Counted from the stretch's first letter, positions 1 through 9,971 are shown. The stretch: 64,000 nucleotides of DNA from Verrucomicrobiota bacterium (GCA_038214755.1 JBBQRQ010000006.1:1-64000); one strand, 5' to 3'. Notes: generated by a model from the letters alone, not told the origin. Numbers and translations: made by a program.

Positions 1-400
1 GCCCGTTTGGCAGGCTGGAAGCCTGCCCCACGACATCGAATCGCTTTGGTGGTAATCAAGGCCGTGTTGCCCAAATGAAAAGGAGCGCGGACGTTCTCGT
101 CCGCGTGTTTCAAAACGGACAAAACCCCTGTACTTTCGTCCCTCACGATTCACGCGGACGAGAACGTCCGCGCTCCTAGTGGTTTAGGCAACACGCCCTC
201 AGTTTCTTGCAACCTCTCATTAGCACCCGGCTTCAGCCGGGTGGACAGAAACGGATGCGACCCTCAACCGCTTCAGCGGTTTCCGCGCCTACGGCAAACC
301 GCTCAAGCGGTTGCCCGGTTCTCAACCCCAACACCCGGCTGAAGCCGGGGGCTAATGAGATTGGGAACGAACAATCGCAAAAAACTGAGATGGGTTCATA
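1..400. repeat. Nested cluster of palindromic REP/MITE-like repeats (three families)
   Basis: ggcaggctggaagcctgccccac at 9-31; inverted pair ggagcgcggacgttctcgtccgcg / cgcggacgagaacgtccgcgctcc at 82-177; ctcattagcacccggcttcagccgggtg ... cacccggctgaagccgggggctaatgag at ~216-359, which recurs at 16437-16593. Confidence 0.85.
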
Positions 401-464
401 TCGGTTTAACGGATGAAAATAATTTTTAAATTTCTCCGTGAAGGATTATTCCCCGCAAAGAATC

Positions 465-1226
465 TCAAACTCTGCTTTCCCTTCCGACCGTTTCACGAAG
501 AGCGCGGGCTTCCGCGCAAAGTTCGCGAAGGACAGGGACGAGGTGCGATGTCGCGGGTGGTTTCGTGGTCGCAGTGAGTTCCTCGTGATCGCCGAGGCCG
601 GAATCTTTGAAGTGACGCAGTCGTTGTTGAATCAGTTCGCGCACTTCGTTGGCATTGTTGATTCCGCGGAACCACGCCGTGTGTAAATTCATTCCAACTT
701 GCTGACCATGTTTTCCGCCACCTCCTCCACCGCCGCCAGCGGTGTCCACCCGTAAATCGGCGATGCCGAGCGCGCGTTGAATCGGCCCTTGCGATATGGA
801 AATATTTTGAATGTTGGCGAACGTCACCGTCATCTCGCGAATGACTGCGACCCCTTCACGAACCCGCAAGCTGCGGTCGGTGACCAGATACCAACGTTTT
901 TCGAAATCGAGTCGCACGAGCGCGAGCGCGAAAAGTCTCAGGCCAATCAGTAGCACCAGAATGAAGCCGGGGATCAGCAAGAGAAACAAACCGGCGTGGT
1001 TCCCTTTCTTTTCAAGGACGACGGCGCCGACGATCGGGACGACCATTGGCGTGAGACAAACTAAAAATGCTGCGGCGGTTTTCAGCGCCCAAAGGAACAG
1101 CAGATATTTGTAAAAGTTTGGCGCGGCACGAAACAACTGCGCGCTCGCTTCGTCGCCCGGCGGCGGTTCGGGGTCGCGCGGGATGCGCAGGAGCCGTTCG
1201 CAAGTTTGGCGGAAGGAATTATACAT
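465..1226 (-). CDS. Bacterial PH-domain (bPH_2, YdbS/YdbT-like) membrane protein
   Basis: Two TM segments, then Y-x-vt-d..l.vreG..ire..vtfaNIQNISISQGPIQRALGIADLRVDTAGG. Confidence 0.8.
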   Translation of the reverse strand: MYNSFRQTCERLLRIPRDPEPPPGDEASAQLFRAAPNFYKYLLFLWALKTAAAFLVCLTPMVVPIVGAVVLEKKGNHAGLFLLLIPGFILVLLIGLRLFALALVRLDFEKRWYLVTDRSLRVREGVAVIREMTVTFANIQNISISQGPIQRALGIADLRVDTAGGGGGGGGKHGQQVGMNLHTAWFRGINNANEVRELIQQRLRHFKDSGLGDHEELTATTKPPATSHLVPVLRELCAEARALRETVGRESRV

Positions 1227-1271
1227 GCGGCGCTTTGATTTCAGTCAATCACTTCAAGACAGACGTGCTCT

Positions 1272-1413
1272 CCCTCACCCCTGCTCTCTCCCCAGGGAGA
1301 GGGAGAAATATTTTCAGCATCTCGAAAGAATAGACGCTGTGTGGCCTGCGTGATCGGCAAAGAAGTTAAACGTGAATGGGCATTCCTCACCTTGGGGAGA
1401 GGTAAAGGTGAGG
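1272..1413. repeat. REP-like pair of the ccctcacccc..ctctccc..gggagaggg family
   Basis: Hairpin copy at 1272-1306 and a degenerate inverted copy at ~1384-1414; further copies at 27442 and 40999. Confidence 0.7.
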
Positions 1414-1435
1414 GAGAATTGTTTTTCATTTCTGA

Positions 1436-1993
1436 TTACTGACTCTCCTTGCGTTGTTCGATCAACTCTCGTGTGCGGCGGAGTTCGTCGCGAATATTCA
1501 TCAGCAACGAAATCGTTTCCGAGTTTTCATCGGCAGAGGCGGATGCAACATTGGGCGCGTTGCTGGCGGGTGAAAAGTTTGCGGCAAGTTTATGTTCCTT
1601 GTAACCGCGCATTCGCGTGTAGAGAAAATCGCGAATCGTCTCGAACTCTTTGAATCCTTCGATGACCAGTTCCGCGCCGGTCGAACCGGAAGCAGTCTGG
1701 ATCTGAACATTCGCCAGCCCGAGCCAGCGTTGGATGAAATTGGAATGCAGATGAATGTCCTGAATGCGCGCGTAAGTCAGGTTGACCTCTTTCCGAAAAA
1801 GAATTCCGACCTTCATGTGAATTCCTTCGTCATCGAACCGATAGCGCAAGGTGTGATAACGAAAATAAAGATACGGCAACGCGACCACGATTCCCGGCCC
1901 GGTCAGCACCGCGCAGATCACGTAATAAGTCCAAAGCGAAGGATGCGGCCGCTCCAGCGACAGAATTTGCGGAGGTGAAACTTGCGAATGCAT
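1436..1993 (-). CDS. Bacterial PH-domain (bPH_2) membrane protein, paralog of 465-1226
   Basis: YRFDDEGIHMKVGILFRKEVNLTYARIQDIHL..IQRWLGLANVQIQTASG. Confidence 0.8.
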   Translation of the reverse strand: MHSQVSPPQILSLERPHPSLWTYYVICAVLTGPGIVVALPYLYFRYHTLRYRFDDEGIHMKVGILFRKEVNLTYARIQDIHLHSNFIQRWLGLANVQIQTASGSTGAELVIEGFKEFETIRDFLYTRMRGYKEHKLAANFSPASNAPNVASASADENSETISLLMNIRDELRRTRELIEQRKESQ

Positions 1994-2050
1994 GCGCTGT
2001 GGCGAGAGTAACTATTCCTGTTTCGCTGGCAAGCCTGCGAGGACAGAGGA

Positions 2051-2259
2051 GGTGTGATTTCAAGTGGCGGTCACGTAGCGCAGGATTGCATCCTGCTGTA
2101 TCGCCGGTTTGAAACCGGCTGAACGTCGCAAATAAAGAAAGCATTTAGTTTTCGAGAGTCTCCCTTTCTGGCGGCATCTCGCAGGTTGAAAACCTGCGAT
2201 ACGGCAGGATGCAATCCTGCGCTACAACTGACAAACTGACCGCCAGTTTGAATCACACC
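2051..2259. repeat. REPIN-like element (GTAGCGCAGGATTGCATCCTGC family) inside a GTGTGATT...AATCACAC wrapper
   Basis: Core 2075-2225 runs GTAG to CTAC with inverted arms; near-identical copies at 10940-11090 and 39521-39672, variant at 34625-34732. Confidence 0.9.
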
Positions 2260-2378
2260 CGGACAAAAGGGGACTTGCGGAGCGCGTCCCTCGGAGGGTG
2301 ACAATGGTTATGATGAAATGATCGGGTGAAGCGAAATCTGTCTCGTCAAACTACCGGAACATTGTTAAAAAAACGTCC

Positions 2379-3137
2379 ATGTGCTGCTTCTCACAACCCG
2401 TCATCTCGGTTAATTCGACGAAGATATTTGCGCGCCCTGCCGTGAACGAGCGGCAATATATTGTTTACAGCATGGCACTGGAAGCGAAGAACGAGTTGGC
2501 GATGATCCTGCCTTTGCCGATCAAACAAGGTGGAGCGGAACCGGATTTTGATTTTATTAATTTAAGAGATTACGCGAATTTTTTTGATGATCTGCTTTTG
2601 GGATTTCCAGAACGGCCAACTGTAAGTGATCGGTCGGCTTCGAATGATAATATCCCAGCATCCGCAGGAATATTGGTCGTGTATCAAGTAGGAGATTTCG
2701 AAGCTTCATTCGTTCCGACACTGAAAGATTTTTCACGGCTCGATCCGCGTTTCCGCATCCTGCCCAGTAGCTGGGCGAAACTTCCGCAGTATAAAACTTA
2801 CGGCTTCGCCGTTTTTAAATTGAAAGCCGGGGCGCACACAGTTCATCCGATGGCTTTTGCTTTCGCGCGACGCGATCCCACGAAATTATTTTTCCCCACG
2901 GTCCATATCCATGACGGCAAAGTTCATTCCGAAGCCGACTTCGATCACCTCCTTTACGCCCAACCGCGCCTGCCTGAAGTTTTGGAATTTCAAGGCTGGA
3001 GAGAATCAGAATCGCCCGCGAAAAATTTCGTGAAGATCGACAAGGCTCGAGGAATTATTTCCGGCGACGACCATTGCTACCAAAAAATTCTCAAAGGACA
3101 TCTACCCAACAAAGACACTTGGCTCGCCAGCGTCTGA
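2379..3137 (+). CDS. Hypothetical protein (DUF2330-like)
   Basis: 252-aa ORF with AMILPLP, VGDFEASFVP, GFAVFKL and LFFPTVHIHDG segments. Confidence 0.6.
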   Translation: MCCFSQPVISVNSTKIFARPAVNERQYIVYSMALEAKNELAMILPLPIKQGGAEPDFDFINLRDYANFFDDLLLGFPERPTVSDRSASNDNIPASAGILVVYQVGDFEASFVPTLKDFSRLDPRFRILPSSWAKLPQYKTYGFAVFKLKAGAHTVHPMAFAFARRDPTKLFFPTVHIHDGKVHSEADFDHLLYAQPRLPEVLEFQGWRESESPAKNFVKIDKARGIISGDDHCYQKILKGHLPNKDTWLASV

Positions 3138-3161
3138 TGATTCGGGTAGCGTCGCTCGCCC

Positions 3162-4487
3162 GTGAAAATTCTCGTTCTCTCTAATCTTTACCCGCCGCAT
3201 CACGCCGGGACTTTTGATAATCGTTGCGCTTCGGTCACGGAGTCGCTGCGATTACGAGGGCATCAAATGCTCGTGCTGACTTCCACTCACGGCATGCGCA
3301 CCGAACAGCGCGATGGGAATGTTGAGCGCCGACTTTTTCTCAATGGAGTTTTCGGTCATCCGCTCCTCACCAAATTTCACGAATTGAAACCGCTCGAAGT
3401 TCACAACTCCGCCGTCGTCAAGGAAGTTGTCGAACAGTTTCAGCCAGACGTAATTCATGTCTTCAGTTTGCACGGTTTGTCCAAGTCGCTCATTTTCACG
3501 CTGCGCAATTGCAAGCTGCCCACCGTCTATGACGTGGCGGACCACTGGCTTTCCGCTGGCGTGCGGGAAGATCCCTGGCTCCGTTTTTGGAACGCCCCTT
3601 CCTTGCCCTTCCTCGATTCTTCGACTCGCTCTGCTCTGGAGATGAGCGGCGAACGCGGGCGTCTCGACAACACCGCCCCGACGCGAATGAGAAAAGGCTA
3701 CGAACGTCTTCCCATGCTTTTCGGTGACGCCAAAGCCATTGCCGCGGTGGAACCCAATTCCATTCCATCGTTTCGCTTCGACCGGATTTATTTTTGCAGT
3801 CACGCCTTGAAGCAACTCACGGAAACAGTCGGGTTCGTTGTCTCCCATGCCGAGGTGATTTATCCGGGAATTCAAACGCAACAATTCATCGGCGAAATCA
3901 AACCGCCATCCGCGCCCGTCACAAAATTTCTGATCGTGAGCAAGCTGGACAAAGACAGCGGCGTGATGACGGCGCTCGAAGCATTGCGCCAGGTCCGCGC
4001 GATCAAACTCAATGCGAGCCTGAGCATCTACGGTCGCGGGCAATCCAATTACATCGCCGAACTGCGGTCGTTCGTCGTCCGCAATATGTTGCCGGTGGAA
4101 TTTCTCAACGTGTCCAATCTGGTGCAGGACCTGCCCTCGGTTTATCGTAAACACGACGCGCTGCTTTACACGCCGGAATGGAACGAGCCATTTCCCGTCA
4201 CGCCGTTGGAAGCGATGGCTTGCGGCTTGCCCATCATCGCGTCGCGCGCCGGTGGTTCCAACGAACTTTTTCGTCATGGCGAAAATGCGTTCACGTATTC
4301 GCCGGGAAATGCGGCGGAGTTGGCGGCGCGCATTCAGGATTTGCAGCGTCAACCCGCGCTCCGTTGTCAGATGAGCGAGACCGCGCAAAATGAAGTGCTC
4401 AGCAAATACAACGAGTCAACCGTGACGGATCAAATTGAAAATTACTTGAACACCTCGCAGGAATCGTGGGCGCATACGGCGACGTGA
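3162..4487 (+). CDS. Glycosyltransferase family 4
   Basis: MKILVLSNLYPP N-terminus; EPFPVTPLEAMACGLPIIAS..GG..E GT-B motif. Confidence 0.9.
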   Translation: MKILVLSNLYPPHHAGTFDNRCASVTESLRLRGHQMLVLTSTHGMRTEQRDGNVERRLFLNGVFGHPLLTKFHELKPLEVHNSAVVKEVVEQFQPDVIHVFSLHGLSKSLIFTLRNCKLPTVYDVADHWLSAGVREDPWLRFWNAPSLPFLDSSTRSALEMSGERGRLDNTAPTRMRKGYERLPMLFGDAKAIAAVEPNSIPSFRFDRIYFCSHALKQLTETVGFVVSHAEVIYPGIQTQQFIGEIKPPSAPVTKFLIVSKLDKDSGVMTALEALRQVRAIKLNASLSIYGRGQSNYIAELRSFVVRNMLPVEFLNVSNLVQDLPSVYRKHDALLYTPEWNEPFPVTPLEAMACGLPIIASRAGGSNELFRHGENAFTYSPGNAAELAARIQDLQRQPALRCQMSETAQNEVLSKYNESTVTDQIENYLNTSQESWAHTAT

Positions 4488-4496
4488 AATATCAAT

Positions 4497-4648
4497 GGCG
4501 TTTCTTGGCACCACCACTAACACAATCGGATGTAGTGGGGCAGACTTCCAGCCTGTCTGCGCGGGCATCTTGCCCGCGAATCCTGGGGCTGGAAGCCCCG
4601 ATGGCAGACAAGATGTCTGCCCCACTATTTGGTGGGCTCAGGTGCGCC
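4497..4648. repeat. MITE-like element with gtggggcagacttccagcctg core (degenerate copy of 53657-53815)
   Basis: Internal ~90 bp nearly identical to 53696-53788; degenerate terminal inverted repeats. Confidence 0.8.
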
Positions 4649-4742
4649 TAGTTCGCGCGAAAGGAGTGCCCTCCCTCGCCTTGGTTTTCAGATTGAATTC
4701 ATTTCCCCAGTCCGCGAAAGTTGATTCATCAAAAATATTTCC

Positions 4743-5693
4743 ATGACAACTTCCCGCTCTTTCTCTCGTCGCGAATTTTTGGCAGGCACAACTCTTTTAC
4801 TCGCGGGCGCAACTTTTAATCTGGGCGCGGAATCCCTCGAAGCCGAACCCATCATCGATATTCACCAGCACACGAATTACAGCGGTCGCTCGGACGACCA
4901 ATTGTTGGCGCATCAGCGGGCGATGGGAATTACCACGACGATTTTGTTGCCAGCGGGACGACGGGTGATTTCCGCCTCGACGCACGAGGGCACGTCAAAC
5001 GGGTTGCAGGCAAAATGCACGGGCAACGAGGCTTGTTACAAATTTGCGCAGGAACATCCGGGAGAATTTATTTTTGGCGCGAACGAAGTGCCGGATGTCC
5101 CCGAGGCCACTGAGGAAATTGAAAAATATTTGAAGATGGGCGCGGTGGTGATCGCCGAATCGAAATTCGGTGTGGAATGTGATTCGCCGGAGATGCAAAA
5201 GATCTTCGCGCTCGCACAGGCGCGCAAGGTGCCGGTGTTAATGCATTGGCAGTTTCAAATGTATAACTACGGCTTCGAGCGTTTTTACAAAATGCTTGAG
5301 AAATTTCCGCAAGTAAATTTCATCGGCCACGCCCAAACCTGGTGGGCGAACATCGACAAGGACCACCAAGACCAAAGTGTGTTGTATCCAAAAACCAAGG
5401 TTACTCCGGGCGGAATCACGGACCGCTACTTGAGTGATTATCCAAATATGTTTGGGGATCTGTCCGCTGGTTCAGGTTTGAATTCGCTGGTGCGCGACGA
5501 GGATCATACGCAGGCGTTTTTAGAACGGCATCAGGACAAACTCCTCTATGGCAGCGATTGCAACGACACGATTGGGCGCGGGCGGGGCTGTCAGGGAGCG
5601 CAAACCATCGCAGCGGTCAGAAGACTTTCGCCGAACAAAAGAATCGAGCGCAAACTCCTTTACGAAAATTCGAAGAAATTGTTTCGGATTTGA
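4743..5693 (+). CDS. Amidohydrolase_2 family protein with Tat signal
   Basis: SRREFL twin-arginine motif; IIDIHQH, FIGHA and LLYGSD metal-binding motifs. Confidence 0.85.
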   Translation: MTTSRSFSRREFLAGTTLLLAGATFNLGAESLEAEPIIDIHQHTNYSGRSDDQLLAHQRAMGITTTILLPAGRRVISASTHEGTSNGLQAKCTGNEACYKFAQEHPGEFIFGANEVPDVPEATEEIEKYLKMGAVVIAESKFGVECDSPEMQKIFALAQARKVPVLMHWQFQMYNYGFERFYKMLEKFPQVNFIGHAQTWWANIDKDHQDQSVLYPKTKVTPGGITDRYLSDYPNMFGDLSAGSGLNSLVRDEDHTQAFLERHQDKLLYGSDCNDTIGRGRGCQGAQTIAAVRRLSPNKRIERKLLYENSKKLFRI

Positions 5694-5753
5694 AAAGACA
5701 CCGCGACCGGGTGGAACGCAGTCTTTGCGTCTCACCCGGCGCGGCGAGATCGA

Positions 5754-7319
5754 TCAAGGGAGTTGTTGAGCGCGGTAGAACCGCTTGGGGAAACCGGGTG
5801 CGTTCGTGTCGGAGAAATTCACCAGGCCATTGGTTGCGCTATTGGTGCTGAGAGGATTCCAATTGATGAGATTGGTTGACGCCTGAAAGATGTAGCTCGT
5901 GCCGGGGGAGCCCGTCAGTTGCGCCTGGAAGACACGGTTGGAACCCATCGAAAAAGAGTTAAAGCGAAACGTTGGAATCGCAAGTTTCACAATCCAATAA
6001 TCGGCTCCGCCAAAGCTGGGCGTAGTCTTGTTACCCGACACACCTGAATACGAGATGCCGCCGAAAGCGTAACCGCCGTCGCTCGTCTGGATCATGCTCG
6101 AAAGGTAATCGGCGTTATTTCCACCGATGGTTTGATCCCATTGTTTGGTTCCCGTTGGATCTACCTTCACGATCCAGCAATCGTAGCCGCCAAAATTAGT
6201 GCCGGTTTTGTTGCCCGACGCAGGTGAGTCTGAATAGCCTCCCAGAATGTAGCCCCCTTCGCTTGTTTGTTGCACGCTGTTAATATAATCAAGGATATCG
6301 CCGCCGAAAGATTGATCCCATTGCTTGTTCCCGCTGGCATTGAGTTTGACCAACCAGCCATCAGTGCTTCCAAAGCTAGGACTGATCTTATTGCCTGACA
6401 CACCCGAGAGAGTATAGCCAGCGACAATATAGCCGCCGTCACTCGTCTGTCGTAAAGCGGTTAAGTTATCGTGGGTATCCCCGCCGAAAGATTGATCCCA
6501 TTGTTTGTTTCCAAGATTGTCCGTTTTGACAATCCAATAATCGTAACCGCCGAAATTAATGTTGGTCTTATTGCCAGAAGGCGGAGAAGAGGAATACCCG
6601 CCCAGAACATAGCCGCCATCGGTTGTTTGTTGCAGGGTGACTAAAAAATCATAGCTGGTTCCGCCATACGATTTGTCCCACTGTTTGTTTCCATTGGCAT
6701 CTATTTTGACCAGCCAAAAATCATTGACGCCAAAATTGGCGTTGGTCTTATTGCCCGAGATGCCGGAGTAGGAATGACCGCCGAGAATGTAGCCGCCGTC
6801 ACTGGTCTGTTGCAGGCTGTAAAGAAAATCAGCGCTGTCTCCGCCGAAGGACTTGTCCCAGAGTTTATTTCCGTTCGCGTCTAACTTCGTCACCCAATAA
6901 TCGAAATCACCGAAGCCAGCGTTGGTTTTATTGCCCGAGATCGGCGAAATGGAGTAACCTCCGGCGATATAGCCGCCGTCAGCGGTTTGTTGCAGAGTGG
7001 TAAACTGGTCTTCGCCACTGCCGCCAAGAGAGCGATCCCATTGTTTGTTTCCATTCGTATCCAACTTCACCAGCCAATAATCGAAATCACCGAAGCCGGC
7101 GTTGGTTTTGTTGCCTGATATGCCGGAGAAAGAGTAGCCACCGAGAATGTAACCCCCATCGCTGGTCTGTTTGATCACTCGGGCGCCATCATTGGTGTTT
7201 CCACCGTAGCTTTGTTGCCATTGAATAGTGAAGGCGGGTTGCGCCTGAATATTGGCCTGGCCCTGGGCGTTAATTATCCCGGCCAAGGCCGCCGTGAGAA
7301 GAATCGCTTTATTCGTCAT
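5754..7319 (-). CDS. Secreted protein with seven 60-aa repeats (beta-propeller-like) and a C-terminal ASTNL..W..FYRA domain
   Basis: Unit GGYILGGYS.S..SGNKT...FG..DYW.VKLD.NGNKQWD.S.GG at a 180-nt period; signal-like N-terminus from ATG 7319 (ORF track starts at 7394). Confidence 0.8.
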   Translation of the reverse strand: MTNKAILLTAALAGIINAQGQANIQAQPAFTIQWQQSYGGNTNDGARVIKQTSDGGYILGGYSFSGISGNKTNAGFGDFDYWLVKLDTNGNKQWDRSLGGSGEDQFTTLQQTADGGYIAGGYSISPISGNKTNAGFGDFDYWVTKLDANGNKLWDKSFGGDSADFLYSLQQTSDGGYILGGHSYSGISGNKTNANFGVNDFWLVKIDANGNKQWDKSYGGTSYDFLVTLQQTTDGGYVLGGYSSSPPSGNKTNINFGGYDYWIVKTDNLGNKQWDQSFGGDTHDNLTALRQTSDGGYIVAGYTLSGVSGNKISPSFGSTDGWLVKLNASGNKQWDQSFGGDILDYINSVQQTSEGGYILGGYSDSPASGNKTGTNFGGYDCWIVKVDPTGTKQWDQTIGGNNADYLSSMIQTSDGGYAFGGISYSGVSGNKTTPSFGGADYWIVKLAIPTFRFNSFSMGSNRVFQAQLTGSPGTSYIFQASTNLINWNPLSTNSATNGLVNFSDTNAPGFPKRFYRAQQLP

Positions 7320-7439
7320 GTTTTTTGAAAAATTTCTCAACGTTAATTTCATAAGTGTCGCTCTAAATATTTTGGGTTCAAGCTTTCGTTTCATTTTTTA
7401 TGGATTCTCTCAAATGAGAATTAAGTGAAAAAGCAGGGT

Positions 7440-7631
7440 TTATGCCGGATGCGCAAATGAAGTTCCGCCGAAACGGGGGAGGGGGAACGGGGAACCCTGA
7501 AAGTCGCGATGATAATGGGTTGCGCCTCGCGCGACTGCTACTTTAAACAGCCATTCCGGCAAGCGTTTGCCGGCGCCACTCAGTCGAGCCAGTCGGAACG
7601 CCAATCCCGATTCGTGCGGAGTGTCGCCCAA
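7440..7631 (-). pseudogene. Probable 5' fragment of a truncated gene
   Basis: Protein-like start (LGDTPHES..LARL..WLFKVAVARGATHY) that turns into low-complexity sequence at the boundary with the AT-richer 5754-7400 segment. Confidence 0.3.
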
Positions 7632-7770
7632 CTTGCGAGCGTAAGCCGAGATGATCCGAGCATTTCCATCGTCGTAATTATATCACAGCCCCAGTTTTTT
7701 AAACCGCGCCTTCACGTTCTTGAAATGAAAGTCGAGCGAGCAAAGTCTTTCCAGTTCGCCTTTACCAGTT

Positions 7771-8316
7771 TTATTTGTGTCCAATCCTTTCTCGCGCCGT
7801 ATGAAAACCAATTTCGTGTTTCGGTTTCTTCGGTGGCTCCATCAGTTCACGAATGGCATCGAAGAGCGATTTGATCGCGTCGTCGTGACCTTCAAGATGG
7901 CGCTCCAGTTCGCGAAGTTTTCGGGAGAGCGCTTCGTTGGATGAAAGCATTCGCCGCAAACTGACGAACGCGCGCATGATCGCGACGTTAACTTGCACGG
8001 CGCGTTCACTTCGCAACACACTGGAAAGCATGGCAACGCCTTGTTCGGTGAAAGCATTTGGATGGTGGCGGCGACCGCCGTGTCGTTTTGATCTTCCAGT
8101 ATGGAATATCAAGTTGTCAGTCTCTTCGTCAGTCAGTGGGAATAAAAAATCCAGAGGAAATCGGTCTGGATTCCGTTTCACAGCTTTATTGAGGTTCCCG
8201 GTAGTGACGCCGTAAAGCTGCGCCAAGTGGCTATCGAGCATTACTTTTTCACCTCGGACAAAAAAGATCAGTTGTTGAACGCGGTCAACCGGAATCACTT
8301 GAAGTTTATTATTCAT
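7771..8316 (-). CDS. ORF6N-domain DNA-binding protein
   Basis: RGEKVMLDSHLAQLYGV.T..LNKAVKRN..RFP.DF.F.LT.EE and AFTEQGVAMLSSVLRS.RAVQVN..IMRAFV, with a coiled-coil C-terminus ending IGF. Confidence 0.9.
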   Translation of the reverse strand: MNNKLQVIPVDRVQQLIFFVRGEKVMLDSHLAQLYGVTTGNLNKAVKRNPDRFPLDFLFPLTDEETDNLIFHTGRSKRHGGRRHHPNAFTEQGVAMLSSVLRSERAVQVNVAIMRAFVSLRRMLSSNEALSRKLRELERHLEGHDDAIKSLFDAIRELMEPPKKPKHEIGFHTARERIGHK

Positions 8317-8327
8317 AAAATCATCCA

Positions 8328-8384
8328 CTTGATCTTCCAAATTGGAAGATCAAGACATCTTGAAGTCACAATCTGTGACTTCAA
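8328..8384. promoter_or_regulatory. Two tandem 25-bp TTGA...TCAA palindromes upstream of the ORF6N gene (putative operators)
   Basis: ttgatcttccaaattggaagatcaa (8329-8353) and ttgaagtcacaatctgtgacttcaa (8360-8384). Confidence 0.6.
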
Positions 8385-9715
8385 AGCCCAAGCTTTTTAA
8401 ACCGCTCCTTCACATTTTTGAAATGGAAATCGAGCGAGCAAAGTTTTTCCAATTCGCCTTTGGCAAAATGTTTTTTCACCTCGGCGTCGCTTAAAAGTTG
8501 TTGCAAGAAATCGGCGTCGGAGTTTCCGGCGTGCTTGGCTTGCCAGGTTTCCATGGCGTTGCGCTGGACGGCGTCGTAAGCCTCTTCGCGGGTCAGACCC
8601 TTTTTGATGAGCGCGAGCAAAACGGTTTGGGAATTCCACATGCCGAGCGAGAGGCCGAGATTGCGCTTCATGTTTTCGGGATAAACAATCAGGCCATCGG
8701 TCAGCTTCCTCAGCGTGACGAGCATGTAGTCGAGCAACGTGCAGGAGTCGGGAAAAATAATTCGCTCGACGCTGCTGTGGCTGATGTCGCGTTCGTGCCA
8801 GAGCGCAACGTTCTCCAAAGCGGCAATGGCGTTTCCGCGCAGCACCCGCGCCAAGCCGGTGAGCCGCTCGCCGGTGATGGGATTGCGTTTGTGCGGCATG
8901 GCGCTGGAACCTTTTTGGCCTTTGGCAAAAAATTCTTCGGCTTCCAAAACTTCGGTGCGTTGCAGATGACGAAATTCCGTCGCCCAACGTTCGATGCTCG
9001 CGCCCACGAGTGCGAGCGTGGAAATAAATTCTGCGTGCAAATCTCGCTGGATGACTTGCGTGGCAATGGGCGCGGGACGAAGACCCAGTTTTTTGCAGAC
9101 AAAAGACTCGACCCGCGGCGAAAGATGCGCGCTGGTGCCCACTGCGCCGGAAAGTTTTCCCACGGCAATATTTTTTCGCGCAAGTTCCAGCCGTTGCAGC
9201 GCGCGGCCAAATTCGTCGTGCATCAAAGCCATTTTTAAACCGAAGGTCGTCGGCTCGGCGTGAATGCCGTGACTGCGGCCAATCATCGGCGTGAGTTGAA
9301 ATTTTTTTGCTTTGGCGGCAACTACTTTTCGCAACGCCTTCACATCAGCGATCAAAATGTCCGCCGATTGAACCATTTGCACGGCGAAGGCGGTGTCAAC
9401 GATGTCGCTGCTCGTCAGACCGAAGTGCAACCAGCGACTGGCGCGATCATTTATTTTCTCCGCGACCACCGTCGTGAAACCGATCACGTCGTGGTTTAAA
9501 GTTTTTTCGAGTTCTTTGGCGCGTTCGGTCAGAGCCTTGGTCTCGGCAAAACATTTTTCCGCTCCAGCCTTTATTTTCGCGAAATCATTTTTCGGAACGA
9601 TGTCTTCGGCCACGAGCGCTTCGCTGGCGAGGAGTTCGATTTGCAGCCAGAGGCGAAGTTTATTTTCGTCGGTCCAAATTTGGCGCATTTCAGGACGCGA
9701 ATAGCGTTGAATCAT
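8381..9715 (-). CDS. purB: Adenylosuccinate lyase
   Basis: MIQRYSRPEM start; HFGLTSSD, GRSHGIHAEPTTFG and signature GSSAMPHKRNP; the longer ORF start lies in a repeat. Confidence 0.97.
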   Translation of the reverse strand: MIQRYSRPEMRQIWTDENKLRLWLQIELLASEALVAEDIVPKNDFAKIKAGAEKCFAETKALTERAKELEKTLNHDVIGFTTVVAEKINDRASRWLHFGLTSSDIVDTAFAVQMVQSADILIADVKALRKVVAAKAKKFQLTPMIGRSHGIHAEPTTFGLKMALMHDEFGRALQRLELARKNIAVGKLSGAVGTSAHLSPRVESFVCKKLGLRPAPIATQVIQRDLHAEFISTLALVGASIERWATEFRHLQRTEVLEAEEFFAKGQKGSSAMPHKRNPITGERLTGLARVLRGNAIAALENVALWHERDISHSSVERIIFPDSCTLLDYMLVTLRKLTDGLIVYPENMKRNLGLSLGMWNSQTVLLALIKKGLTREEAYDAVQRNAMETWQAKHAGNSDADFLQQLLSDAEVKKHFAKGELEKLCSLDFHFKNVKERFKKLGL

Positions 9716-9791
9716 GGCGGCGAAATTATGAGGCCGAGAGTCGAGAGTCGAGTGCGATAACGATTGTAAGTGCGGCTCAACGGCTCGAGCA

Positions 9792-9891
9792 AAAGCGCCA
9801 GAGGACTGGCGCAGTCCAAGACGCTTTCGCGCCATTCATGCCATCGAAATTCGCGCGAGCGTCTTGGACTGCGGTAGTCTTCTACCGCTTT
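9792..9891. repeat. REP-like pair (aaagcg..gcagtccaa / ttggactgc..cgcttt family)
   Basis: Similar elements at 53518-53620 and 60387-60486; related elements at 19371-19489, 31538-31660 and 54651-54770. Confidence 0.8.
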
Positions 9892-9971
9892 TCTTCGGAG
9901 GAGAACAAAGAACAAATCAACGCCGCGCTCATTCCGGCGTCGTCTCTCGACTATTCGGCGTCGTCTCTCGA

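Noticed and set aside
207..416. ORFs such as MQPLISTRLQPG, and N-terminal extensions of purB, AIM24, VOC, DUF1592, EgtD-like and UvrB/C-motif genes
   Set aside because: They are translations of palindromic repeats; conserved starts lie downstream.
3252..4388. Long antisense ORFs (also 8498-9238, 13152-13880, 25863-26582, 53923-54726)
   Set aside because: Shadow frames of well-supported genes in GC-rich DNA.
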